From Antechinus flavipes (lineage: Eukaryota), in the NCBI RefSeq assembly GCF_016432865.1, contig NC_067398.1, forward strand, positions 243,908,001-243,972,000: 64,000 nucleotides of DNA. Reading direction: 5' to 3'. This document shows, in pieces, positions 1-14,537 of the stretch; the stretch's first letter is position 1, and each line of letters opens with the position of its first letter. The position numbers and the translations under genes are program-made. Below the pieces are notes generated by a model. It searched no databases and was not told the DNA's origin. It saw only the letters and a list, made by a program, of their open reading frames with translations.

Positions 1-1158
1 CCTAGTACAGGCACTTGTGGGGAGGGGAAGGGAGAAGGTCATAGAAGGATAGAGAAGGTAATGAATGACTCTGGAGTTCAGGCCATCTGAGCTATGGGTC
101 AGGACTCCCTCTGAACATCCTCCTGAGAGAAAGAAAAACAGTTATGAGAGGGTGGGGCTGTGTGTGGATGTGTGCATACTCCCCGTGGATGGAAACTAAT
201 TAGCCCTCATTCATGAGTCAATAATCTAGAGATAGAAGCAGGGAATTCCACACCTGTCTAGACTTGACGATTAAGGGGATGTCTCAAGGGAGAGAATAAA
301 CACTACATTGCACATTTCCTCTTTACTTACAGGTGTCTAGTGCTTCATCCAGATTTCTTGCCACTTCTATCCTAATTTTCCCCTATCCCCCACACCTTCC
401 TCCTTGTCTTCTGGGCCTAGTCAAAGTTCCCAAGTACCCTGTAGCTGGCAGTTTGCTGGCTAGGACTCATAACAGGCAGGAGGCCAACCTGGGTGTCACA
501 ACCCAGCTGAGTGTGAGTATTTTTAACAGCCACCTGGGTTCAGAATGTCAGGCACCCCATGACTTCACTAACCTTGGACAGCAGAAAGGAAATAGAAATA
601 AGGAGCCTTGGGGAAATAAGAGCAGCCCAAGGATATGTCATAATAGACAATTATTCCTATTTTAGAAAAGCTAAACTGAAGACCTCACTACACATTCCTC
701 ACTTCCAACAGGTCTCTGGCCCCACAAAGGAACTAACAAAAATATAGAAGATCCCAGAATTAGGCTTAGAATTTAGGGAAGATGGTCTAGTTATGAACTG
801 GATTTCAGATCAGAAAAGAGTTCAAATCTTTCTGTTACTTGTTACCCTAGATGGTCTTAAGACAAATCACTATTTTCTGGGCTTCAGTTATCTGTAAAAT
901 GAGGTGGGGTTTGTTTAGGGGTCTCTTTTTTCCGGCTCTAAATCCTATGAAATGGATGGTTGCTATCTCCATTGATCTCCTGGAAAAGGAAAGTGTGTCC
1001 CACCCCCAGCCAGGCCTACCTGTCTGTGGACAAGGGGGAAAAGACAAAGTGACCCCCAGCTTTGTCCTGGGAAAAGACAGACAGGAAAGTCTGGCTGTCC
1101 TCCAGCCAGCCAGGACACACACACCGTGCCCTGGGGGAGGGGCTTTCAAAATGTGCAC

Positions 1159-1164
1159 TTTAAT
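1159..1164 (-). terminator. BCKDK: Candidate BCKDK poly(A) signal ATTAAA
   Basis: tttaat on the plus strand about 510 nt past the stop. I saw no AATAAA between the stop and this site. Usage is unverified. Confidence 0.4.
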
Positions 1165-1672
1165 ATTACAAACACAGCAGTGGATGGGGAGGGGAATGGG
1201 GATTCAAGGACCCCCAAGCCCACTTCCCCAGCAACATGTATGACGAAGGAGGCCTCTGGGGCCTCCAAAGCGCCCTCCACCCCATCATCTGCAGCTCTGG
1301 GTCAAAAAGCCAGAAGCAGAGAAGATAGGAAAAATGAGGAAGGCTTTGAAAGGAAGGACTGCAGTAACTGACGGATAGAAATTCTTGAGTTACCAACCCT
1401 GGTCTACTGGGCTCAGGGGAGCTGGGAGTCTAAGTCCTGATTGCCCAGAGTCCAAGGTTAAACAGCAAGGAAAAAAAGGTTCAGAAATTCCTGACAAGCC
1501 ATTAACAAAGGTCCTGAGGGGAGCTCCTGGCTCTGAATACTGCAGACCAATTTGCAAGACCTGGAAGGAATGGGGGGGACTTAACAGTATTATGGTGAGA
1601 AGAGGGAAAGAAGCAGGCAGCTTCCCCTGGCAAGTCCCGGGGGAGGGCCCGAGCAAGGGCAGGCTAGATGGG

Positions 1673-4767
<3,095 letters not shown>

Positions 4768-5614
4768 TGTCCTATCCCCACCTGTTTATCCTCTTAATAG
4801 GCCTCCAAAGGAACCCAGGAGGTGGGTCAAAATTGGCTGGGTAGAGGCTAGGAGGAGCTGGCTTACCTGAGATTTAGGGAGGGAGGACAGGAAACAAAGG
4901 GTAGGCCTCGTAGACCCACTCCCATCTGTTGGAAGAAAGTAGAGAAGGATGTGACCACCAGAACAGAATTATCCCAGTTCCACCTCCAGGGATTTCCCAG
5001 AAACTGTTCTGGGGGCATCCTTACATTGGGTCCCCAAATTAGACAGATTTCCCTACTAGAGGTATCTCTTGGCCCCAATTCCAAGAAGAGCAATTTCTGA
5101 TGCTGAAGAAGGTGGAGTAAGGAGTTGGGCAGGGGCTGACCCTTCTTTCCCCTTCTGCAGGAAACAAACTTCAGCAGCTTGGTGACAGGCAGCCTCCTGA
5201 GGACAGGTAGGTTGGACCCTGGTAGAAAAGCACCAAGCACACTGACAGCCCTCAAAGAGGATCTATGCACAAAAGACCAGACACAAAAATGACCCAGCAG
5301 AGGTGGTGGGGGACCAGGTCATCCATGACCAATCAAACTTGGGGGATGGGAGGTAGGGGACTCCCCGAGTTCCTCTACCTGGGGATATCTCCTACGGTGC
5401 TCTTCCCCCTCCCTTCTCCACACTACCCCCCAACATATGGTAGCTCCCGGGTAACCTCCAATGCCATTCCTTCCTTCCATCGCCTCCCTTCCTTCCCCCT
5501 CCCCCTCACCCCCCACGTCGGCGTAATGGTAGATCCCTCTTCAGGGCCTGCCATGTAAGACCCCGCAATGGTAGGGGCCGCGTGGGGGGTATGCCATGTG
5601 AGGCCCTCACTTAC

Positions 5615-5830
5615 CGCCTGGGCCAGGAAGAGAGTGGGACGAGGACGAGAGCGGATCCGACCCGGGTGCCAGAGTGAGAGGACGAAGCTGAAGCAAGCAG
5701 TCTGCACGTTCGGACGCTGCCTCCCCCTGTTATCTTTCCCCCCCCCCCCTCCTCCCCACTCCTCCTCCTCCTTCTCCTCCTCCTTTTTCTCCTCCCCCTC
5801 CTCCTCCTCCGGGGCTCTCCTCCCTCCTCC
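5615..5830 (-). other. BCKDK: Candidate non-coding exon 1 of BCKDK (5' end approximate)
   Basis: Strong donor GCG|GTAAGT at 5615/5614 inside the CpG island, with a GGA-rich leader; the first coding exon acceptor is at 4867/4866. Confidence 0.6.
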
Positions 5831-5887
5831 CGTCTCCGGTTCCTACGTGATGACGTAGATAAAAGAAACCTACGCTGAGGGACCAGA

Positions 5888-5907
5888 GCCTCCTGGGAAT
5901 TGTAGTT
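5888..5907 (-). promoter_or_regulatory. ZNF143/THAP11 (ACTACA-SBS) motif
   Basis: Minus strand reads AACTACAATTCCCAGGAGGC, matching the RRACTACAnnTCCCA promoter consensus. Confidence 0.75.
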
Positions 5908-6946
5908 TCTTTGGCACGACCTCTCTAAGGACTGCGGCGAAGTTGCGAGGCTTTGGAAAGAATCCCAGAATAGACTGTGAGCTTTTGCTCAAGATTCTCC
6001 CTCATGCCTTAAGTATTCTCCTCGCCTGTCGAGTGACTGTCTATCCTTCAAAACCTTTTTCAACTGTGTAATAGTAGTTACATCCGTTAGCTTTGGTTAA
6101 AAAAAAGCTCTCCTCCTTTCCAGAGGAAGGGGACTATGATTGACGGCGGGACATTGCATTTACATTCGAATTTGGTGATGTGTGGCTTAATTTTGCTGAA
6201 CTGCTTTTTCCTGCTTTTTTATTCTCTGTTGGTAGTGATGATTCATTAGGTACGGGAGAGAGATAGTTGGAAATTAATTTGATAAGAGTTTTTTAGACTT
6301 CACCCAACCAGTCTATACCTTGTTAGAGGAGAAAGTGCATTGTCGTTGCTCCAGAGAATCTGGGTTTAAATAGCAGCTCTGCTCCTTAGTATCTGGGTTA
6401 TCATGGTGAGAATCCTCCATAATAGTTTCTTCATTTGTAAAACAAAGGAGCTACATCAGAAGTCTGGACTAAGGTCCCTTCCAGCTCTACATTAGTGATA
6501 AGAAGCAGCATTTATTAGGCCACCAATTATATCCTAGGTATTGTTCTAGGCGTGGAAGATACACCTTCCTGCTCTTCAAATTAAGCACTTGATCTCTGGC
6601 AGGCACACTCTGGCTCATATTTCTGGAATTCCCTCCTTCCTTACCTTCATTTCTGGATCTCACCCCAAATCCCACCTCTCTTAGGGAGCATTTGCCTTCC
6701 CTCTGATATCTCCAATTGATCATATCTATCTTGTTTGTTCAAAGTATAGTAGTTTGCATGTTGTCCCCTCCAAGAAAATGTGAGCTTCTTAAGTTCAGGG
6801 ACTGTTTTTGCTTTTCTTTGTATCCCAAGCACTCATCATAGGGCCTGACACACATAATAAATGTTCATTGTCATAACTTGAGTTAGTAAGAATCAGCTGC
6901 GAGGATGCCAGGCTCAGAGCAGCTTTTTGGAATATAGCCATCGGAG

Positions 6947-6964
6947 CTGTACCAGGGGGCAGCA
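6947..6964 (+). promoter_or_regulatory. CTCF-like motif, forward orientation
   Basis: TGTACCAGGGGGCAGCA versus consensus CCASYAGRKGGCRSY: the core matches, the 5' CC does not. Confidence 0.4.
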
Positions 6965-7378
6965 GGAAGAGGTCTCTCCCCCGTCTACTATTTGCAGAAC
7001 TACACACCCAATACGGACCACTCCAATAGTTAGAAGGTGCATTCGTTTGACAGAATTCTAAACAAAAGGGAAAAACAGCCAGCCATCAAGGAATGGAGAT
7101 ATTCTCTAGATCAACTAAAACTTGGAATCAATCACACTTGAAGCAACTTTTAGAAGTCTGACCCCTGTCAGCCAAGAAGAGAACTGACAGTGAATTCAAA
7201 AGTGTTCACTGATAAATGAGAGTTGATCTGCAGAGATGATCCTCTGGGAGCATATCTGAGCCCCATCTGATATGTTTTGTCCAGGAGGAAGCTGAATTAA
7301 AAAATTTATGTAGTAGATGCTACTTACTGATGAGGTCCTGGGTAACTAGATGGATATTGAGAGAGAGCCTGAATTATT

Positions 7379-8020
7379 ATTTTTTATTATTTTATTATTT
7401 TTTAATAACTTTTTATTGATAGAACGCATGCCAGGGTAATTTTTTACAGCATTATCCCTTGTACTCACTTCTGTTCCGATTTTTCCCCTCCCTCCCTCCA
7501 CCAGATGGCAAGCAGTCCTTTACATGTTGAATAGGTTACAGTATATCCTAGATACAATATATGTGTGCAGAACCGAGCAGTTTTCTTGTTGCACGGGGAG
7601 AATTGGATTCAGAAGGTATAAATAACCTGGGAAGAAAAACAAAAATGCAAGCAGTTTACATTCATTTCCCAGTGTTCTTTCTTTGGGTGTAGCTGCTTCT
7701 GTCCATCCTTGATCATTTGAAACTGAATTAGCTCTCTTTATCGAAGAGATCCACTTCCATCAGAATATATCCTCATACAGTATCCTTATTGAGGTATACA
7801 ATGATCTCCTGGTTCTGCTCATTTCACTTAGCATCAGTTCATGTAAGTCTCTCCAAGCCTCTCTGTATTCATCCTGCTGGTCATTCCTTACAGAACAATA
7901 ATATTCCATAACATTCATATACCACAGTTTACTCAACCATTCTCCAATTGATGGGCATCCATTCAATTTCCAGTTTCTAGCCACTACAAACAGGGCTGCC
8001 ACAAACATTTTGGCACATAC
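7379..8020 (-). mobile_element. Young 5'-truncated LINE-1 (ORF2 C-terminus, 3' UTR, tail), 642 bp
   Basis: Encodes ...MNVMEYYCSVRNDQQDEYREAWRDLHELMLSEMSRTRRSLYT; T-rich tail at the left; 15-bp target-site duplication AGAGCCTGAATTATT at 7364-7378 and 8021-8035. Confidence 0.93.
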
Positions 8021-8194
8021 AGAGCCTGAATTATTGTAAACAATCTGGAAGCCTAGCTTTCTCAGGCAAGCTAGGAGGAGTACTGATAGGATCATGGATG
8101 GATCTTTTTGATTTTGATTAGGCCTTTTATTCAAGTGGATCTTTATTATAGCCCTATCCAGGAGGAGGTCTCTGGTTCAATTCTTTGCATTGAA

Positions 8195-9505
8195 AAAAGA
8201 ATCAAAGGATATGAATAGACAGTTTTCAGATGAAATTAAAGTCATTTCTAGTCATATGAAAAATGCTTTAAATCATTATTTGGCAAGAAAGTGGAAATTG
8301 AGTGGATGCCCATTAATTGGAGAATGACTGAATAAGTTATAGTATAATATATTATGGAATATTATTGTTCTGTAAGAAATGAGCAACAGGATGATTTCAG
8401 AAAGGCCTAGAGAGACTTACATGAATGGATGCTAAGTGAGATGAGTAGAAGCAAAAAAAAATTGTACACAGCAAGAATAAGATTGTGATGATCAACTCAT
8501 ATGGATTTGGCTCTTTTTAAAAATTTTATTAAACCTTTATATTTACAAAAAACATGCATGGGTAATTTTTCAACATTGACCCTTGTAAAACTTTATGTTC
8601 CAGATTTTTCCCTCCTTCCCTCCATCTCCTCTCTTATGTGGCAGGTAATTCAATACATGTTAAATATATGTTAAATCCAATATATGTGTATATATTTATT
8701 ACTAATTTTTTTTTCTTTTGCTGCAGCATTGGGGGTTAAGTGACTTGCCCAGAGTCACATAGCTAGGAAGTGTTAAGTATTTGAGGTCAGATTTGAACTC
8801 AGGTCTTCTTGACTTCAGGGCTGGTGCTCTATCCACTGCACCACCTACCTGCCCCTATGTGTATATATTTATACAGTTATCTCGCTGCACAAGAAAAATT
8901 AGATCAAGGAAAAAAAAAACCTGAGAAAGAAAACAAAATGCAAGCAAACGTAAACAGAAAAAGTGAAAATATTATGTTGTGGTCCACTCTCAGTTCCCAC
9001 ACTTCTCTCTCTGGGTGTAAATGGCTCTCTTCATCACTGAGCAATTGGACCTGGTTTGAATCATCTCATTATTGAAGAGATCCCCGTCTATCAGAATCGA
9101 TCATCGTATAATCTTGTTGCCATGTATAATGATTTCCTGTTCTCATTTCACTTAGCATTAGTTCATGTAAGTAAGAGAAAGCCATCCAGAGAGAGGATTG
9201 TAGGGACTTAATGTGGATTGAAACATAGTATTTTCACCTTTCTTGTTGTTTGCTTGCTTTTTTTTCTTATTTTTTTTCCTTTTTAATCTGATTTGTCTTG
9301 TGCAGTGTGATAAATGTAGAAATAAATTTGGAAGAATTGCACATATTTAACCTATATTGGATGAACTTGCTGTTTAGAGGAGGGAAATGGAGGGGAAGGG
9401 AGAGAAAAAAATTTGGACCACAAGGTTTTATAAGGATGAATGTTGAAAACTATTTTTGCATGTATTTTGAAATTTAAAAAAAAAAACTATTATAAGAAAA
9501 GAAAA
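8195..9505. mobile_element. Older L1 3' fragment (+) interrupted by an L1 3' end (-, ~8520-9175)
   Basis: Degenerate L1 ORF2 C-terminal and 3' UTR sequence in both orientations; A-rich tail near 9475-9505. Confidence 0.75.
8700..8855 (-). mobile_element. WSINE1-type tRNA/CORE SINE nested in L1
   Basis: Minus strand begins ggggcaggtaggtggtgcagtggatagagcaccagccctg and has a T tail; 17-bp TSD TATGTGTATATATTTAT at 8683-8699 and 8856-8872. Confidence 0.88.
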
Positions 9506-9509
9506 AACC

Positions 9510-9902
9510 ATCTTAACTCCACAGTATTCAATTGGAAAGCCAAGTTATGATATCGACTTCTTCCCCCAGATTATATTTCCCTTCCTTTACGGTAATTCCC
9601 TTGCAATCCCTTTTTTAGGGTAATCCTAAATGTTGTAATCTTCCATTTGCAATGACTTAATGGTATTTTCCTCTTAAAGGCATCTTCCTCTTTAATGGAG
9701 TTTTAGGCCCCTTATTAATTGCTAAACCCCCTTTCCTTGCTAAAAAACTCTTCTATTTAGCCAGCTGTTAATAGCATAATAAATATTTGCCTCTTGATTT
9801 GAAGAATTCTTTTGAGATACATCAAAATACCAGCCCATAATCCCAATATACTTTTGGGGTCCAACACTCCCAAACCCCAACATTTGGTGCCCTGTACAGG
9901 AA
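9510..9902 (+). mobile_element. ERV remnant: 3' part of an LTR ending CA (9882) followed by a PBS-like sequence
   Basis: AATAAA at ~9778, then ...ccccaaCA-TT-TGGTGCCCTGTACAGGAA, the classic LTR/PBS junction geometry. The 5' boundary is unclear. Confidence 0.5.
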
Positions 9903-10101
9903 GAGTATTCTTTATCACTATCACTGGGGTTCACATAAGTATTTCTTTTGTGTGAAGGAAATAGTTTTATATCTGATCTATTGTGTCCATTTGAGTACCC
10001 TTCTCCATTTTTGAGAGACTGAAACCCTAAATCATTTCTTCAGATGACTTTCTCTGACACTCCAGATTAAGAGCATAAAATCAAGTCAAGACTTTGTCTA
10101 T

Positions 10102-11200
10102 TGATGAGAGTGTGGTCCCTTTAAGAATTGATTATTCCTTTCTTTACGATTCCCAACCCCTCCTAGTTTCAATCCAGGACCTTTTGATTCACCAATCCTG
10201 GTCCCTTTGAATTCCAATAGAAGATCTTGGCCTGTCCCAGCCCCACCCGGATCTCAGCCAACTTGGGACTCCACCCACAGGCTCCTATAGCAGAATCTCT
10301 CATTATAAAAGAGTTAAGCTGGAATCCTCTCTTGGCAGAGGTTCCAAACATGCCAGCCTTATGCCTGGCATGCCAGGACCCTCTTGTCTATTGAAATCCT
10401 GTTTCTGGTGTCCTTATCTTTTTAATCCTTACCTATTTCCTTAGCCTTACTTCCTTTTTTTTTTCAAAATAACTTTTTAGGGTAATTTTTTTACAGCATC
10501 ATCCCTTGTACTCACTTCTGTTCCGATTTTTCCCTTCCCTCCCTCCACCCCCTCCCCCAGATGTCAAGCAGTCCTTTACATGTTGAATAGGTTACAGCAT
10601 ATCCTAGATACAATATATGTGTGCAGAACCGAACAGTTTTCTTGTTGCACAGGGAGAATTGGATTCAGAAGGTATAAATAACCTGGGAAGAAAAACAAAA
10701 ATGCAAGCAGTTTATATTCATTTCCCAGTGTTCTTTCTTTGGGTGTAGCTGCTTCTGTCCATCCTTGATCAACTGAAACTGAATTAGCTCTTTTTATAGA
10801 AGAGATCCACTTCCATCAGAATACATCCTCAAACAGAATCGTTGTTGAGGTATATAATGATCTCCTGCTCATTTCACTTAGCATCAATTCATGTAAGTCT
10901 CGCCAGTCCTCTCTGTATTCATCCTGCTGGTCTTTCCTTACAGAACAATAATATTCCATAACGTTCATATACCACAATTTACTCAACCATTCTCCAATTG
11001 ATGGGCATCCATTCATTTTCCAGCTTCTAGCCACTACAAACAGGGCTGCCACAAACATTTTGGCACATACAGGTCCCTTTCCCTTCTTTAGTATGTCTTT
11101 GGGGTATAAGCCCAATAGAAACACTCTTAGCCTTACTTCCAAACCCCATAATAAACCTCTTTTATCAATCTAGCTTTTTGGGCCTATAAATTCTTTTATA
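10102..11200 (+). mobile_element. LTR (solo or truncated) interrupted by a young L1
   Basis: Starts TGATGAGAGTGTGGTCCC; TATA-like cattataaaa at ~10301; AATAAA at ~11149 after removing the L1; a second partial copy lies nearby in inverted orientation. The 3' end and TSD are not confirmed. Confidence 0.7.
10455..11125 (-). mobile_element. Young 5'-truncated LINE-1, 671 bp, inserted in the LTR
   Basis: Near-identical to 7379-8020; 15-bp TSD CTTAGCCTTACTTCC at 10440-10454 and 11126-11140. Confidence 0.93.
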
Positions 11201-11317
11201 GGGGTGCTTAGGCTACTTAACAATTTTTACTATAACAAGTAATTTTTGTCTTTTGCTCCCAGCATTTTCTCCTATTTCTCTTTGATAGTTAGACGGGCCA
11301 TCAGCATTCTTACAGGC

Positions 11318-11545
11318 AGCTTAACTCTTTTATAATGAGAGATTCTGCTAGAGGGGCCTGTGGGTGGAGTCCCAAGTTGGCTGAGATCCCGGTGAGGCTG
11401 GGACAGGCCAGGATCTTCCATTGGAATTCAAAGGGACCAGGATTTGTGAATCAAAAGGTCCTTGATTGATAACTACATCAACTAGGAGGGGTTGGGAATC
11501 AGAAAGAAAGGAATAATCAATTCTTAAAGGGACCACACTGCATCA
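11318..11545 (-). mobile_element. Partial LTR (5' ~228 bp), inverted relative to 10102-10320
   Basis: Reverse complement begins tgatgcagtgtggtccctttaagaattgattattcc and aligns to 10102 onward until agagttaagctg. Confidence 0.75.
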
Positions 11546-11563
11546 GTTATAATTACCCCTCTG

Positions 11564-11753
11564 CAGGTTTTCTCAAACTTTTTCCACTCGCAACACTATT
11601 TGGCCCAAGACATTTTTTCATGATCCTGGGTATATCGGTATATAAAATAGGTATACAAATCAAACAGTTATTGGTAATAAATCATAATTTCATGACTCCC
11701 ATATTAATTTATGAGATCCTTTATGGGATTATGATCCACAGTTTAAGAATCTG
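11564..11753. mobile_element. hAT/Charlie-like MITE
   Basis: About 190 bp and AT-rich, with imperfect TIRs caggttttctcaaact ... agtttaagaatctg resembling MER/Charlie CAGGGnTTCTCAAACT ends. Confidence 0.5.
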
Positions 11754-12459
11754 AAATACAAAGTAATTCTAGGGGATACTAGCAGCTTGACAGAGAAGAA
11801 AAGAAGGGTTGGATTTTGAATAGAGCTCTGAGGGAAGCTGGGTACTCTTTTTATTTTGAATTTTTTTTTTCAATGAAGATGGATGAGATGGATATATAGT
11901 ATTATGGAAACAACATGAGATTGGACAAACTTTGAGAGGTAGTGGAGAATAAAAGGGCCAGGCATGCTAATGGTCGGAAAAAGTAGGATATGAATAAATG
12001 AATAACAAACACTCTCTGTTTTGGTATCTGGCTTTGTCAGTTCTACTTGGTCTTTATTCCTCTCCAAACTTTATCATGCCATAGAAAACTCCTCATACGG
12101 GAAACTTACTCTCCCCATAGACTTCACACTTTGGAAATACATTTCCTGTGACCTCTCCCTCTATTGGTTGGTTTCTTCCAAAACCAGATGGATTAGGCCA
12201 ACTAAATCTTTTCTTTTTTTCTTTCTCTTTTTTTATTTTTTGCAATTTCATGTGCAATAAGCTTTTTTGTATTATGCTTTAGAAATACTTGCTTTATTTC
12301 ATAAATGTCTGTCTCATTAAAAAAAAAAAAAAGGCTGATACAACTCCATAGAAAAGTAGATCAGGATGAGATCCTGGTTCATAGCATGAGTAAACTCTCA
12401 ACAATGGAATATTTCCATCTTTTATTCTTTTGTGGGAAACTTTATAGAAGTAGATAGTG

Positions 12460-12620
12460 GGGGGCAGCTAGTTGGCGCAATAAATGGAGCACCAGCCCTG
12501 AAATCAGGAGGACCTGAGTTCAAATGTGATCTCAGACACTTAACACTTCCTAGCTGTGTGATCCTGAGCAAGTCACTTAACCCCAATTGCATCAGCAAAA
12601 AAAAAAGAAAAGAAAAGAAA
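12460..12620 (+). mobile_element. WSINE1-type SINE
   Basis: ggggcagctagttggcgc...ggacctgagttcaaatgtgatctcagacac...aagtcacttaaccccaattgc plus an A/GAAAA tail. Confidence 0.88.
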
Positions 12621-12798
12621 ACATAGATTGTGGGTCATGTATGAAATTTCCATTCCCATGATAGTAATTTTCTAGGTTATAAATTTCCTTGGTTGTTGAT
12701 GTTAGCTTTTCCATTTTCACCTGTCCCTTAATCAAGTTTCCCAGTCTTATGAAATTCCTTACATAACATCTCAAGCTCCTGATTTATTATGGATATAT

Positions 12799-14100
12799 AT
12801 ATTTTTTAATTATTATAGCTTTTTATTTACAAAATCTATGTATGGGTAATTTTTCAGCATTGACCCTTGCAAAACCTTCTGTTCCAACTTTTCCCCTCCT
12901 TCCCCCCATCCCCCTCCCCTATATGGCAGGTAGACCAATACATGTTATACATTAAATTATATATTAAACACAATATATGTATACAGATCCATACAGTTAT
13001 TTTGCTGCACAAGAAGAATCAGACTTTGAAATAAGGTAAAATTAACCTGAGAAGGAAATCAAAAATGCAAGCGGATAAAAACAGAGGGATTGGAAATACT
13101 ATGTAGTGGTTCACACTCATTTCCCAGAGTTCTTTCATTGGGTGTAGCTGGTTCTATTCATTATTGAACAAATGGAACTGATTTGGTCCATCTCATTGTT
13201 GAAGAAAGCCACATTCATTAGAATTGATCATCATATAATATTGTTATTGAAGTATATAATGATTTCCTGGTCCTGCTCTTTTCACTCAGCATCAGTTCAT
13301 ATAAGTCTCTCCAAGACTTTCTGAAATCTTCCTGCTGGTCATTTCTTACAGAACAATAATATTCCATAACATTGATATACCACAATTTATTCAGCCATTC
13401 TCTAATGGGCATCCATTCAGTTTCTAGCCACTACAAACAGGGCTGCCACAAACATTTTTGTACATACAGATCTCTTTCCCTTCTTTAAGATCTCTTTGGG
13501 ATATAAGCCCAGTAGTAGCACTGCTGGATCAAAGGATATGCACAGTTTGATGACTTTTTGAGCATAGTTCCAAATTGTTCTCCAGAATGGTTGGCTGTAA
13601 CATCCACAAATCCACCAACAATATATCAGTGTCCCAGTTTTCCCACATCCTCTCCAATATTCAGCATTATCTTTTCCTGTCATCCTAGCCAATCTGATAG
13701 GTGTGTAGTGGTATCTCAGAATTGTCTTAATTTGCATTTCTCTGATTAATAATGACTTGGAGCATTTTTTCATATGGCTAGAAATAGTTTCAATTTCTTC
13801 ATCTGAAAATTGTCTGTTCATATCCTTTGACCATTTATCAATTGGAGAATGGCTTGATTTCTTGTAAATTAGAGTCAATTCTCTATATATTTTGGAAATG
13901 ATGCCTTTATCAGAACCTTTGACTGTAAACATGTTTTCCCAATTGTTTCCTTTCTAATCTTGTCTGCATTAGTTTTGTTTTTACAAAAGCTTTTTAAATT
14001 TGATATAATCAAAATTTTCTATTTTGTGATCAATAATGATCTCTAATTCTTCTTTGGTCACAAATATTTACCTCCTCCACAGGCCCGAGAGGTAAACTAT
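12799..14100 (-). mobile_element. LINE-1 3' fragment (~1.3 kb, ORF2 C-terminal region and 3' UTR)
   Basis: Translates to ...KGSDKGIISKIYRELT...YHYTPIRLARMTGK...EYYCSVRNDQQ with frameshifts; probable TSD core TGGATATAT at 12790-12798 and 14101-14109. Confidence 0.9.
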
Positions 14101-14537
14101 TGGATATATTTTTTGAGAATGTTCCAACTAAATATTTATTTCTCTCCAGGGTACACTTAAAGACTCTTGAACTTTCTCTACTTCATATCCTCCTGCCCAC
14201 CATCTGTTGTCTTCCTGCCATTAGAATGCAGTTCTTTGAGCATAGGATCTGTTTTTCTGCTTACATTTATATTCCCAGCACTTAACACAGTATTTGGCAC
14301 ATTGTAAGCATTTAATGTTTATTGACTTGACTTTTAGACTTCACAGATGCAAGGGATGTGGAGTTAGATTTGGCAAGCTTAGGCAACTAATTGAATTGGG
14401 AAATAATATATAAAATAATAATAGCTACTATTCATATAGTGTTTAATATGTTCTAGGTATAGTTATCTCATCTGATCCTGACAATAATCTTGAAAGGTAG
14501 ATAGTATAATTTTCCACATTTTACAGAAGAGACAACA

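Larger units (their letters stand above)
5500..5960. promoter_or_regulatory. BCKDK: CpG-island promoter of BCKDK
   Basis: CpG-dense region in a CpG-depleted background, lying directly upstream of the BCKDK coding exons; contains ZNF143 and CRE/HRE-like motifs. Confidence 0.8.

Noticed and set aside
315-340. Splice-like site (plus acceptor tttacttacag, minus donor GTAAGT) near the left edge; possible KAT8 exon
   Set aside because: No recognisable coding sequence or CpG island. KAT8, expected by synteny, lies outside the window.
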